Shown here: piece by piece, positions 52,262 through 61,938 of the stretch | Position numbering within the stretch: the first letter of the stretch is position 1 | Layout of the letters: every line of letters begins with the position of its first letter | Source: Acidobacteriota bacterium | GTDB lineage: Bacteria > Acidobacteriota > Vicinamibacteria > Vicinamibacterales > 2-12-FULL-66-21 | DNA: 64,000 nucleotides | Direction: 5' to 3' | Assembly: GCA_016184105.1 (NCBI GenBank) | Contig: JACPDI010000029.1 | Coordinates: forward strand, 7,905-71,904 | Program-made: the position numbers and the translations under genes | Notes under the pieces: model-generated | What the model was told of the DNA's origin: nothing | The model's input: the letters and a program-made list of their open reading frames with translations, nothing else | The model's database searches: none

Positions 52262-53388
52262 ACCCGGACGTCATCGTGGTTGGCGGCGGGCCGGCGGGAA
52301 GCGTCGCGGCCATCGTGCTGGCGCGCGCCGGCGTGCGCGTGCGCCTCTTCGACCGCGCGCGGTTCCCGCGGCGGAAACTGTGCGGCGACACCCTGAACCC
52401 GGGCGTGAGAGCGCTCCTGGCGCGACTGGGGCTCTCGGGAGCGACCGAACAGGGCGGCACGCCCGTCGCCGGCATGGTGGTCACCGGTGGGGGAGTGGCG
52501 GTGACCGGCCGCTATCCGCGCGGTGTGACCGGCCTCGCCCTCACGCGGGCCGTGCTCGACGCGCGGCTCCTCGACGCGGCGGGGAAGGCCGGCGTGGGAA
52601 TCGACGAAGGGACGCTGGTGTCCGGCGCGTACTGTCCGCGCGGCACGACGGTCGGCGGCGTGCGCGTGGCGCAACGCGGCGGCGGCGCGCGCGGGATCGT
52701 GCGCGCGCGCCTCTGCATTGCCGCCGACGGCCGCCACTCCACGCTGGCGTTCACGCTCGGGCTCTCGCGCCATCCGGAGAGCCCCCGGCGCTGGGCCGTG
52801 GGGAGCTATTACACCGACGTGGAGGGCATGACCGACTTCGGCGAGATGCACGTACGGCGGGGCCACTACATCGGCGTCGCGCAGGTGCCCGGCGGCCTGG
52901 TGAACGCGTGCCTGGTGACGCCCGATCGCGCGCGCCTGAAAGATCCCGAGCGGGCGCTGCGCGAAACGCTCGCAGGCGATCCGATGCTTCGCGAGCGGTT
53001 CGCGCGCGCACGACCCGTCGCGCCGGTCGTCACGCTCGGGCCGCTCGCCGTTGATGCCCGCGCTGCGGGGATGCCGGGGCTCCTTCTTGCGGGCGATGCG
53101 GCCGGCTTCATCGATCCGATGACGGGCGATGGCCTGCGGTTCGCGATACGGGGAGGCGAGCTGGCGGCGCGCGCGGCGCTGCACGCGCTCGAGACCGGCG
53201 ATCAGAACGCACACGAGCGGCTGGCCGGCCTGCGGCGCGAGTTCCGGCGCAAGCGCACGTTCAACCGCGCGTTGCGCGCGCTCGTCGGCTCCCCCGGCGC
53301 CATCCGCGTCGCCTCGGCAGGGGCGCGAATGGCCCCGGCGGCGCTGCGCTACGTGATCGACGTCGCCGGAGACGTCCGCGCCGCATGA
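52258..53388 (+). CDS. FAD-dependent oxidoreductase of the geranylgeranyl-reductase family
   Basis: DVIVVGGGPAGSVAAIVLARAG dinucleotide fold, LLAGDAAGFIDPMTGDG. The ATG overlaps the KAS stop (ATGA). Confidence 0.85.
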   Translation: MNPDVIVVGGGPAGSVAAIVLARAGVRVRLFDRARFPRRKLCGDTLNPGVRALLARLGLSGATEQGGTPVAGMVVTGGGVAVTGRYPRGVTGLALTRAVLDARLLDAAGKAGVGIDEGTLVSGAYCPRGTTVGGVRVAQRGGGARGIVRARLCIAADGRHSTLAFTLGLSRHPESPRRWAVGSYYTDVEGMTDFGEMHVRRGHYIGVAQVPGGLVNACLVTPDRARLKDPERALRETLAGDPMLRERFARARPVAPVVTLGPLAVDARAAGMPGLLLAGDAAGFIDPMTGDGLRFAIRGGELAARAALHALETGDQNAHERLAGLRREFRRKRTFNRALRALVGSPGAIRVASAGARMAPAALRYVIDVAGDVRAA

Positions 53389-55343
53389 CCCCACACGCCC
53401 GCATCATCAGCACCCTCGTCATCATCTTCGGGCTCATGGCCGTGGAAGCGCGGCGCTCGGCTCGCAACGAGCGCGCGCTCCGCGCGCGCGGCGCCGTCGA
53501 ACCGCCGTCCGACGTGTATGCCTGGATGCGGATCGTTTACCCGCTCGCGTTCATCGCGCCCGCCGTCGAGGGATGGCTGCGGGTGGCGGATCCGCGGGAA
53601 TGGTGGCTCGCCGGGCTCGTGGCCTTCGCCGTGGCGAAGGGGCTGAAGTACTGGGCCGTGCGATCGCTCGCCGATCGGTGGTCCTTTCGCGTGCTCGTCG
53701 TTCCGGGCGCGCCCCTCGTCACGCGCGGCCCGTATCGTTTCCTGTCCCACCCCAACTACCTCGCGGTCGCAGGGGAGATCGCCGGGGCGGCGCTGCTCCT
53801 GGGCGGACCCCGCACCGGCGCGCTCTTTACAATTCTCTTCGGCTGGCTGATGCTGAGGCGCATCACAGTGGAGGAGCGCGCGTTGCAGGTCCCGAAACCG
53901 AGTGCTGAGCCCGCTGGCCTCCCGCGATGGGCCGGTTGGTTCGACGCGCTCTCCGTCACCCTGTTGCTCATCGCTCTCAAGGTCGCCATCAGCAGCGGGC
54001 TGCGCGCGTCCGCGTTCGGGCAGCTCATCACGGTGCGCCAGGCGTGGCGCCCGGCGCTCATCGCGCTGGCGCTCATGGCGTTCCGGCACTGGCGCGCGCC
54101 GCGGCCGCACCTCGTCCAGAGGATCTGGGAGGCGCTCGGTGCCGCCCGGCGCCGGCCCTATGCGGACATCGTTCGCATCTGGGCCGTCAGCCGGTTCGGC
54201 GTCGTCATGGTCGGCGCCGTTGCCGTGCTCATCATCGGCCGCCCGCCCACGATGGAGTACCGCGTCTCAAACGATCTGCTGGCCGATCTCCCGGGACGAT
54301 GGGACGCGGGGTGGTACGCGGCGATCGCGCAGGAAGGCTACCGCGACCGCGCGCGCGCAGGTGAGCCGGCGCAGCGGGCGGTCGCCTTCTTTCCGGCGTA
54401 CCCGATGCTGCTGCGCGCGGCGTCGGTGTTCACCGAGCCGCAGCGGGTGGCGGACATGACGTACGACCGGTACATCGAGCTGCGGCAGTCGCGGCTCGTC
54501 TGGGCCGGCCTGCTGATTGCCGTCGCGATCTTCCTGCCGGCGCTCGTCGCCCTGTACCGGTGGATGGAGGTGCGGAGCACGCCCGACGCCGCGCTTGCCA
54601 CCGTCGTCTTCCTCTCGGCGTATCCGTTCGCGGTCTTCTACAGCGCGCCCTACACGGAATCGCTGTTTCTGTTTTCCGCCGTGAGCGCCTGCCTCGCGTT
54701 CGAGCGAGGGCGGTGGCTTGCCGCCGCCGCGGCGGGACTGCTGGCGGGGCTGACGCGCCCCAACGGCGCGATGTTGAGCCTGACGCTTGGACTGATCGCG
54801 ATCGCGCCGCTGCTGGCGCGCGATCGGCGCGCATCGATCCGGGAACTCCCGGGCCGGCTCCTCGTGGCGGCGATGCCCGGCGCCGGCATGCTGGCGTTTT
54901 CGGCGTACACGTACTCGCTCTCCGGCGATCCGTTCGCGTGGATGAAGGTCCAGGAGGCGTGGGGACGCAGCTTCGCGGGATCGACGGCCTACGCGGAGTG
55001 GGTCGTCGTGACCGTGTGGCACGACGGGCTCCTCGCGTGGGTGCGACGCTCGCCCGCGGAGTTCATCCAGACGCTCGCCGCCCTCTTCGCGCTCGGCATG
55101 ACCTGGCCCGTCTACCGGCGGCTCGGCGCTCCCTATGCCGTGTTCATGCTCGCCAACCTGCTGCCCCCGCTGTTCAAGGGGGGCGTGCTGTCGATCGGGC
55201 GGCTGACTTCCACGCTGTTCCCGATGTTCGCCGCCCTGGCGCTCATCGTCCCTCCCTCGCGCCGCGCCGGCTGGCTGCTGCTCTTCGCGTTAGGACAGGG
55301 TTTGATCGCCGCTTTGTTCTTCACCTGGCGGCCGGTGTATTAG
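53385..55343 (+). CDS. Fusion protein: N-terminal ICMT-like methyltransferase domain + C-terminal PIG-V/GT76-like integral-membrane glycosyltransferase domain
   Basis: N-terminal residues 1-170 contain VTRGPYRFLSHPNYLAVAGE...TVEERAL. The C-terminal polytopic part contains WDAGWYAAIAQEGY...AFFPAYPMLLR. The ATG overlaps the upstream stop (ATGA). Confidence 0.72.
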   Translation: MTPHARIISTLVIIFGLMAVEARRSARNERALRARGAVEPPSDVYAWMRIVYPLAFIAPAVEGWLRVADPREWWLAGLVAFAVAKGLKYWAVRSLADRWSFRVLVVPGAPLVTRGPYRFLSHPNYLAVAGEIAGAALLLGGPRTGALFTILFGWLMLRRITVEERALQVPKPSAEPAGLPRWAGWFDALSVTLLLIALKVAISSGLRASAFGQLITVRQAWRPALIALALMAFRHWRAPRPHLVQRIWEALGAARRRPYADIVRIWAVSRFGVVMVGAVAVLIIGRPPTMEYRVSNDLLADLPGRWDAGWYAAIAQEGYRDRARAGEPAQRAVAFFPAYPMLLRAASVFTEPQRVADMTYDRYIELRQSRLVWAGLLIAVAIFLPALVALYRWMEVRSTPDAALATVVFLSAYPFAVFYSAPYTESLFLFSAVSACLAFERGRWLAAAAAGLLAGLTRPNGAMLSLTLGLIAIAPLLARDRRASIRELPGRLLVAAMPGAGMLAFSAYTYSLSGDPFAWMKVQEAWGRSFAGSTAYAEWVVVTVWHDGLLAWVRRSPAEFIQTLAALFALGMTWPVYRRLGAPYAVFMLANLLPPLFKGGVLSIGRLTSTLFPMFAALALIVPPSRRAGWLLLFALGQGLIAALFFTWRPVY

Positions 55344-55363
55344 ACTCCCCCGAGGAGGGGAGC

Positions 55364-56527
55364 ATGCGCGTTTCGCGTAGGGGATTCGTCCGTGCGGCGG
55401 GCGTGGCGGGCGCGTCCGCACTCGTTTCTCTGCGGGGTGCGCAGCTCCTCGCGCGCGGCCGCGAAGCGGCTGTGGGCGAAGGACGGGAGTTCGAGTTCGT
55501 TCCCGCCAGCGCGACCGGCCCGATTCGCCTCAGCAGCAACGAGAACCCGATCGGGCCCCCGCCGGTTGCCGTCGAAGCGCTGATGGCGGCGCTGGCCGCC
55601 GACGCGCCGAGGTATCCCGGCGGTCCGACGCAGAAAGTCACCGAGCGCATCGCCGCCCACCATTCGGTGCCCGTTGAATCGATCGTCTGCGGCAGCGGGT
55701 CCGGCGAGATTCTTCGAATGGCGGTGTACGCGTTCACCAGCCCGCAGCGCGCGCTGATCACCGCCGCCCCCTCTTTCGAGGATCCCACGCGTTACGCGGA
55801 GCTGCTGGGCGCGCGCGTCGACGCGGTGCCCGTGACCCGTGACCTGAAGCTCGATCTCGACGCGATGGCGGGCCGCGCGCCCGGCGCCGGACTGATCTTC
55901 GTCTGCAACCCCAACAACCCGACGGCGACGGTTCACGGCTCGAAGGTCATCTCCGAGTTTGTCGAGCGCGTGCAGCGAGTGTCTCCCGGGACGACAGTCC
56001 TCATCGACGAGGCCTATCACCACTACGTGCAGGATCCCGCCTACCAGACCGCCCTGCCTCTCGCGCTGGGGCGTCCGAACGTCGTGGTGTGCCGTACGTT
56101 TTCGAAGCTCTACGGGATGGCGGGTCTCCGACTCGGCTATGCCGTGGGCCGGCCGGAGACCATCGCGGCGCTCCGCCGCCAGAGGCTGGCAAACGGTGTG
56201 AATGCGCTGGTGGCGCCGGCCGCCGCCGCGGCGCTCGGTGATGACGGGCTGATGGCCCGTGAGCGCGCCCGCAACCACGCAGCGCGCGAGTTCGCACGGA
56301 CGGCGCTGGCGGAACTCGGGTATCGGTCGATCCCCTCCGAGGCGAACTTCATCATGGTCGACGTGCGACGCGACGTGCGGGAGTTCAATCGCGCGTGCGC
56401 CGAGCGCGGCGTCCTGATCGGGCGGCCCTTCCCGCCGCTGGTCACGCACGCCCGTATCTCCATCGGGACGATGGAGGAAATGCAGGCGGCGCTGGACGTC
56501 TTCGAGAGGGTACTTGCCGCCAGCTAG
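55364..56527 (+). CDS. Class I/II PLP-dependent aminotransferase (histidinol-phosphate aminotransferase family) with a twin-arginine signal
   Basis: MRVSRRGFVRAAGVAGASAL, LSSNENPIGPP, FVCNPNNPT, RTFSKLYGMAGLRLGY (PLP lysine). GAGGAGGGGAG RBS. Confidence 0.85.
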   Translation: MRVSRRGFVRAAGVAGASALVSLRGAQLLARGREAAVGEGREFEFVPASATGPIRLSSNENPIGPPPVAVEALMAALAADAPRYPGGPTQKVTERIAAHHSVPVESIVCGSGSGEILRMAVYAFTSPQRALITAAPSFEDPTRYAELLGARVDAVPVTRDLKLDLDAMAGRAPGAGLIFVCNPNNPTATVHGSKVISEFVERVQRVSPGTTVLIDEAYHHYVQDPAYQTALPLALGRPNVVVCRTFSKLYGMAGLRLGYAVGRPETIAALRRQRLANGVNALVAPAAAAALGDDGLMARERARNHAAREFARTALAELGYRSIPSEANFIMVDVRRDVREFNRACAERGVLIGRPFPPLVTHARISIGTMEEMQAALDVFERVLAAS

Positions 56528-56595
56528 GCGGCGTTCACGTCCTCCGGCGCATCGTGCCGCGCAATCCGCCGGCTGCCGGCTGGCGTCAAAAGAAG

Positions 56596-59157
56596 ATGAG
56601 CGGCGGACAAGCTGCCTCCTGCCGTGCGTATCGCGGCGCCGCCTTTCTCGGCGTCGCCATGACGGCGCTGCTGTGCGCGCCGACGGGGGCCGCGCGCGCG
56701 CAGGTGCCGCCGCCGGTTCCGGAAGTCGTCCCTGCCGACCCGTCGTTCCTGCAGTCCGCCACCACGCTGCTCGCGCACGGCAAGCTTGACGAGGCGGTGG
56801 CGCTCGCCGAGCAGCGTGCCGCGGTCGATCCCGAGGCGCGCGCGATCCTGGCGCGCGTGGCGCTTCGCAGAGGCCGGGTCGAAGAGGCGCTGGCGCTGCT
56901 GACACCCGCTGCCGCACAGGATCCGGCCGGGCAGGCCGCGCTCGAGCTTGCCCTGCTGCAGCGCGATCGTGGGCGGCACGAAGAAGCGTTTGGCCTGCTC
57001 GGACCGATTGCCGCGGCGGGCGCCGGGGCAGGCGATGTGGCAGCCATCGTGCGCGTGGCGCGCGCCGCGGCGGCACTGGGCGAGTTTCGCCAGGCCAACC
57101 AGCTGTTCCGCCGTGCCTCGCGCGCGGCCGGAGGCGACCCGGCCGTGGAGACGGCGTGGGGCGAGCTGTTCCTCGAAAAACATAACCACGAAGACGCGGC
57201 GCGCTCGTTCGGCGAGGCGCTGAAGGGGGATCCCGAGTGGGCGCCGGCCCATGCGGGTCTGGCGCGCGCGCTCATGGACGGTAATCCGCCGGCGGCCGCG
57301 GGCGCTGCGGCTCGCGCGCTGGCCATCGACCCCACGATGGAAGACGCGCTCCTCACGCAGGCGCACCTGCAGATCGACGCGGGCAAGCGCGCCGAGGCGC
57401 GCGCCCTCGTGCGGCGCGCGCTGGAGGCCAATCCGGCCAGCCTTGCGGCGCGCGCGCTCCTTGCCGCTCTCGCGCGCGTCGACGATCGCGCGGCGGAGTT
57501 CGACGCCGAGGTGGCGCGGCTGCTCGAGGCGAACCCGCGGTACGCCGCGGCCTACGACACGGCGTCGGACCTGCTCGCGCGCGCGTACCGGTTCGAAGAA
57601 GCCGTGGCGCTCGGACGGAAAGCCATGGACACCGACCCGAGCAATGCCGCCGTGACGGCTCGCCTCGGCCTCAATCTGATGCGGACGGGCGACGAAGTCG
57701 AAGCCCGCCGGTCGCTCGATGCCGCCTTCCGCATCGATCCGTATGACGTCGTCACCTACAACCTGCTGGCGCTGCTCGACACGCTGGATGATTTCGAGAC
57801 CGTCGAGGAGCCGCCGTTCACGTTCCGCTTTCACAAGAGCGAGGCGGCGGTGCTGAAGGAGTATGCGCCTGCGCTGGCCCGCGAGGCGGTGTCGGCGCTG
57901 GCGAAGCGCTACTCGTTCACGCCGCGCGGTCCGATCCTCGTGGAGATCTTTCCCCGCCACGACGATTTCGCCGTCCGGACGCTGGGGCTGCCGGGGCTGC
58001 TCGGCGCGCTCGGCGCCTGCTTCGGTCGCGTCGTGACGATGGATTCGCCGAAGGCGCGACCGCCGAACACCTTCAGCTGGCAGGCGACGCTGTGGCACGA
58101 GCTGGCCCACGTATTCACGCTGCAGATGTCAAAGCAGCGCGTGCCGCGGTGGCTGACCGAAGGCATCTCCGTCTACGAAGAGGGGCGGGCGCGGCCCGAA
58201 TGGGGACGCGAGATGGACGTCGCCTTCGCCCGGGCGTGGCGGGACGGCCGGGTGATCCCGCTCGCGGAGCTGAATGAAGGTTTTACGAGGCCGGAGACCA
58301 TCGCGCTGGCGTACTACCAGGCGTCGCTGCTCGTGGAGCACCTCGTGAAGCTTCGCGGCGATGCCGCGCTCATCGCGCTCGTCACCGCGTACGGCGACGG
58401 ACTGGACGACGAGGCGGCGCTGCAGCGCGCCGCGAATCTCTCGATGGTGTCCTTGCAGGGGAGTTTCGACGCGGCGCTCAAGACGCGATTCGAGAAGCTC
58501 GCGCACGTCTTGCGCGAGGTGGCCGGGCTGAAGACGGCCAGCGAGCCGGGCGCGCTGGCGACGCTCGCCGCACAGCACCCCGACAGCTTTGCCGTGCAGA
58601 TGACGCTCGGGAAGGCGCTGGCCGATGCGGGCGACCGCGCCGGTGCGGTCGCGGCCTATGAGCGCGCGGCGGCGCTGGTGCCGCAGGCCGCGGGACCTGA
58701 AAGCCCGCGCGCGCGGCTTGCGGCGCTGGCCGAGTCGCATGGCGATCACGCGCGCGCCGTGCAGGAGTTGACCGCGCTGACAGCCGTCGATCACACCAGC
58801 GTGGACGCGGCCAGGCGGCTGCTCGCGGCGGCGGAGCGCACGGGCGATGCCGCGGCCGCGCGCGCCGCGGCCACGCGCGTCGTGGCGCTCGATCCGTTTG
58901 ACAGCGCGGCGCACACCGCGCTGGGGCGGGCAGCCCTGCACGACGGCGACCACGCCGCCGCAGCCCGCGAATTCCGCGCGGCGCTGAACACGGGACCCGC
59001 CGACAGCGCCGCCGCGCATTGCGATCTCGGCGAGGCGTACTTCGCGGCGGGCCGCCAGGCGGACGCCAAGCGCGAGGCGCTCGCCTCGCTCGACGTCGCG
59101 CCGCTCTTCGAGCGCGCGCAGGAACTCCTGCTGAGAACCGTGGAGGTCCGGCGGTGA
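56596..59157 (+). CDS. Secreted TPR-repeat protein with an embedded HEXXH metallopeptidase (peptidase MA-like) domain
   Basis: Signal-like N-terminus. Alanine-rich TPR-like repeats on both sides of WHELAHVFTLQ...WLTEGISVYEE. The start is uncertain. Confidence 0.68.
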   Translation: MSGGQAASCRAYRGAAFLGVAMTALLCAPTGAARAQVPPPVPEVVPADPSFLQSATTLLAHGKLDEAVALAEQRAAVDPEARAILARVALRRGRVEEALALLTPAAAQDPAGQAALELALLQRDRGRHEEAFGLLGPIAAAGAGAGDVAAIVRVARAAAALGEFRQANQLFRRASRAAGGDPAVETAWGELFLEKHNHEDAARSFGEALKGDPEWAPAHAGLARALMDGNPPAAAGAAARALAIDPTMEDALLTQAHLQIDAGKRAEARALVRRALEANPASLAARALLAALARVDDRAAEFDAEVARLLEANPRYAAAYDTASDLLARAYRFEEAVALGRKAMDTDPSNAAVTARLGLNLMRTGDEVEARRSLDAAFRIDPYDVVTYNLLALLDTLDDFETVEEPPFTFRFHKSEAAVLKEYAPALAREAVSALAKRYSFTPRGPILVEIFPRHDDFAVRTLGLPGLLGALGACFGRVVTMDSPKARPPNTFSWQATLWHELAHVFTLQMSKQRVPRWLTEGISVYEEGRARPEWGREMDVAFARAWRDGRVIPLAELNEGFTRPETIALAYYQASLLVEHLVKLRGDAALIALVTAYGDGLDDEAALQRAANLSMVSLQGSFDAALKTRFEKLAHVLREVAGLKTASEPGALATLAAQHPDSFAVQMTLGKALADAGDRAGAVAAYERAAALVPQAAGPESPRARLAALAESHGDHARAVQELTALTAVDHTSVDAARRLLAAAERTGDAAAARAAATRVVALDPFDSAAHTALGRAALHDGDHAAAAREFRAALNTGPADSAAAHCDLGEAYFAAGRQADAKREALASLDVAPLFERAQELLLRTVEVRR

Positions 59158-59969
59158 GCGGCCGTCGGCTGCTCGCGGCGTGCGCGCTCGTGCTGCTGGC
59201 CGCGGCCGCCGCGGCGCAACGGCCGGATCGCGGCGCCGCGCCGCCGCAGGCGGCTCCGCCCGCCGCGGCCGGCGACGGCGGCCGATTCGCCGGGCTGCAG
59301 TGGACGTTCGTGCGCGTGCGCTACACGGCCTGGGCCGGCCGCGGCCGCTTCGGCGGGTCGCTGTACGACGAGCCGTGGGCGATCGACTACAACGCCGCGG
59401 AGCAGAACCTCACCCGGCGGTTGCGCAGCGTCACCTCGATCGACGCGGCCGATCCCATCGTGCTGTCGCTCGACGATCCCCGGCTGCCGCTGTACCCCTG
59501 GCTGTACGTCGTCGAGCCGGGCAACCTGAGGCTCCAGGACATCGAGGTCCCCATTCTGCGGGACTTTCTCCTGCGGGGCGGCACGCTCACCTTCGACGAC
59601 TTCCACGGGCCGGTCGAGTGGGCGAACCTCGAGCGCGAGATGAAGCGGGTGTTTCCCGACCGCGAGATCGTCGAGCTGACGCCCGCCCATCCGATCTTCA
59701 GCTGCTTCTACAAGATCGATCGCTACCCGCAGACACCGGGGCTCGGCTCGTTTCTGCAGGGGCGCACGTGGGAAAAAGGAGGCTTCGTGCCCCACCTGCG
59801 CGCGATCCTGGACGATGCGGCGCGCCCGATGGTGCTGATCAACTGGAACACGGACATGGGCGACGGCATCGAGTGGTCGAACGCCGCCGAGTATCCCGGA
59901 TACGTGAAGTACACGGCGGAGGCGTATCGCATGATGATCAACGAGATCATCTATGCCCTCACGCACTAG
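59154..59969 (+). CDS. DUF4159 domain protein
   Basis: Signal peptide, then the pattern WAIDYNAAEQNL...PWLYVVEPG...GGTLTFDDFHG...INWNTDMGDGIEW, as I recall for DUF4159. The GTG overlaps the upstream stop (GTGA). Confidence 0.75.
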   Translation: MSGRRLLAACALVLLAAAAAAQRPDRGAAPPQAAPPAAAGDGGRFAGLQWTFVRVRYTAWAGRGRFGGSLYDEPWAIDYNAAEQNLTRRLRSVTSIDAADPIVLSLDDPRLPLYPWLYVVEPGNLRLQDIEVPILRDFLLRGGTLTFDDFHGPVEWANLEREMKRVFPDREIVELTPAHPIFSCFYKIDRYPQTPGLGSFLQGRTWEKGGFVPHLRAILDDAARPMVLINWNTDMGDGIEWSNAAEYPGYVKYTAEAYRMMINEIIYALTH

Positions 59970-59977
59970 GAGGCGGC

Positions 59978-61000
59978 ATGCAGGTGCCCCTGACAGGTGT
60001 GAACGGAGAGGTGGCGGCCCACGCGATGGCGGATCGCGTGGCCCAGGGACGCGAGCGGATCCTCGCGGAGATTCGCAAGGTCATCGTCGGACAGGACGAC
60101 GTGATCGACCAGGTCCTGCTGGCGCTCTTCACCGGCGGGCACTGCCTGATCACCGGCGTCCCGGGGCTGGCGAAGACGCTCCTGATCAAGACGCTCGCCG
60201 AGATCCTGGATCTCAGTTTCAAGCGCATCCAGTTCACGCCGGACCTGATGCCCGCCGATATCACCGGCACCGAGATCCTCGACGAGGAGGCGGGGCACCG
60301 CGCGCTCCGCTTCGTGAAGGGCCCGGTGTTCGCGCAGATCATCCTCGCGGATGAGATCAACCGCACGCCGCCGAAGACGCAGGCCGCGCTTCTCGAAGCG
60401 ATGCAGGAATACCACGTGACCGCCGCCGGGCGGACCTACGAGCTGGATCGTCCCTTCTTCGTGCTCGCCACGCAGAACCCGGTGGAACTCGAAGGCACGT
60501 ATCCGCTGCCCGAAGCGCAGCTCGATCGCTTCATGTTCAACGTCGTGATGAGCTACCTGCCGGAGGACGACGAAGTCCGCGTGGTGACGGAGACGACCGG
60601 CGCCGAGCGGCCCCGCCCGTCGACGGTCATGACCGGACCGGACATCCTGGAGTTCCAGCGGCTCGTGCGCGAGGTGGTGGTCTCCGATGATGTCGCGCGC
60701 TACGCGGTGAGGCTCGCGTCGGCGTCGCGCCCGAACAAGAACGGCCTCGACTTCGTGGAGAAGTGGGTGAAATGGGGGGCGGGCCTGCGGGCGTCGCAGT
60801 CGCTGATCCTCGGGTCGAAGGCGCGCGCGCTCACGCGCGGCCGCTATCACGTCTCGGTCGGCGACGTGCAGGCGCTCGCATCGCCGATCCTCCGCCACCG
60901 CATCATTCCGAACTTCTACGCCGAGTCCGAGCGGATCGCGGCCGACGACATCGTCCACCGGCTGCTCGAGAGCGTGCCGCCGCCGCGGAGCGGGCTGTGA
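59978..61000 (+). CDS. MoxR-family AAA+ ATPase
   Basis: VIVGQDDVIDQVLLAL, Walker A GVPGLAKT, Walker B ILADEINRTPPKTQAALLEAMQE, ATQNPVELEGTYPLPEAQLDRF. GGAGG RBS. Confidence 0.92.
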   Translation: MQVPLTGVNGEVAAHAMADRVAQGRERILAEIRKVIVGQDDVIDQVLLALFTGGHCLITGVPGLAKTLLIKTLAEILDLSFKRIQFTPDLMPADITGTEILDEEAGHRALRFVKGPVFAQIILADEINRTPPKTQAALLEAMQEYHVTAAGRTYELDRPFFVLATQNPVELEGTYPLPEAQLDRFMFNVVMSYLPEDDEVRVVTETTGAERPRPSTVMTGPDILEFQRLVREVVVSDDVARYAVRLASASRPNKNGLDFVEKWVKWGAGLRASQSLILGSKARALTRGRYHVSVGDVQALASPILRHRIIPNFYAESERIAADDIVHRLLESVPPPRSGL

Positions 61001-61938
61001 GCGAGCGATCCGCGGATGAGGCCCGCACTAGCCTGGCGCCGGCCCGCGCGGCGGAGCTGCGCTATCTCGATCCCGCGGTCATCGCGCGGCTCGGCTCGAT
61101 GGAGCTGCGCGCCAGGACGATCGTCGAGGGGTTCATCTCCGGCCTGCACCGCAGCCCGTTCAAGGGCTTCAGCGTCGAGTTCGCGGAGTACCGCCAGTAC
61201 CTGCCGGGAGACGATCTCTCGACCATCGACTGGAAGGTGTACGCCCGCAGCGACCGTTACTACGTGAAGAAATACGAGGAGGACACGAACCTCGACTGCC
61301 ACATCCTCCTCGACGTCAGCGCGTCGATGTCCTACGCCACGGGAGAGGTCTCGAAGGTGGCGTACGGCTCTTACCTCGCGGCGGCGCTCGCGTACCTGAT
61401 GAACCGCCAGCGCGATGCGGTGGGATTCGTCGCGTTCGACGAGCAGATCGTCGATCGCCTTCCGGCAAGCGCGAGGACAGGGCACCTGAAGGCCGTGCTG
61501 CTGGCGCTGTCGCGGCTGCGCCCCGGGACCCGGACGGACGTGTCGAAGCCGCTCCACCAGCTCGCCGAGGGGCTGGCGCGCCGCAGCATGTCCATCGTGA
61601 TTTCCGATCTGCTGGACGATCCGGCCGAGACGATCAGCGGCCTGAAGCATCTCCGGTTTCGCGGGACCGACGTCATCGTGTTCCACGTGCTCGACCCCGC
61701 GGAGCTGTCCTTTCCCTTCGAGCAGCCCGCGCGGTTCAGGGACATGGAGGACGACCTCGAACTGCTCGCCTCACCGGCGGCGGTGCGAAAGGAATACCTC
61801 CACCGGCTTCACGAGATGCTCGGCCTGTACGAGCGCGAGCTCCGCGGCGCCGGCATCGATTACGTCAGGCTCGAGACGACCACGCCGCTCGATACGGCGC
61901 TGCTCGCGTACCTCTCGACGCGCGCGAGGCACGGGTGA
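60997..61938 (+). CDS. DUF58 domain protein (vWA-like MoxR partner)
   Basis: HRSPFKGFSVEFAEYRQYLPGDDLSTIDWKVYARSD..., ILLDVSASM. The GTG overlaps the moxR stop (GTGA). Confidence 0.88.
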   Translation: MSERSADEARTSLAPARAAELRYLDPAVIARLGSMELRARTIVEGFISGLHRSPFKGFSVEFAEYRQYLPGDDLSTIDWKVYARSDRYYVKKYEEDTNLDCHILLDVSASMSYATGEVSKVAYGSYLAAALAYLMNRQRDAVGFVAFDEQIVDRLPASARTGHLKAVLLALSRLRPGTRTDVSKPLHQLAEGLARRSMSIVISDLLDDPAETISGLKHLRFRGTDVIVFHVLDPAELSFPFEQPARFRDMEDDLELLASPAAVRKEYLHRLHEMLGLYERELRGAGIDYVRLETTTPLDTALLAYLSTRARHG

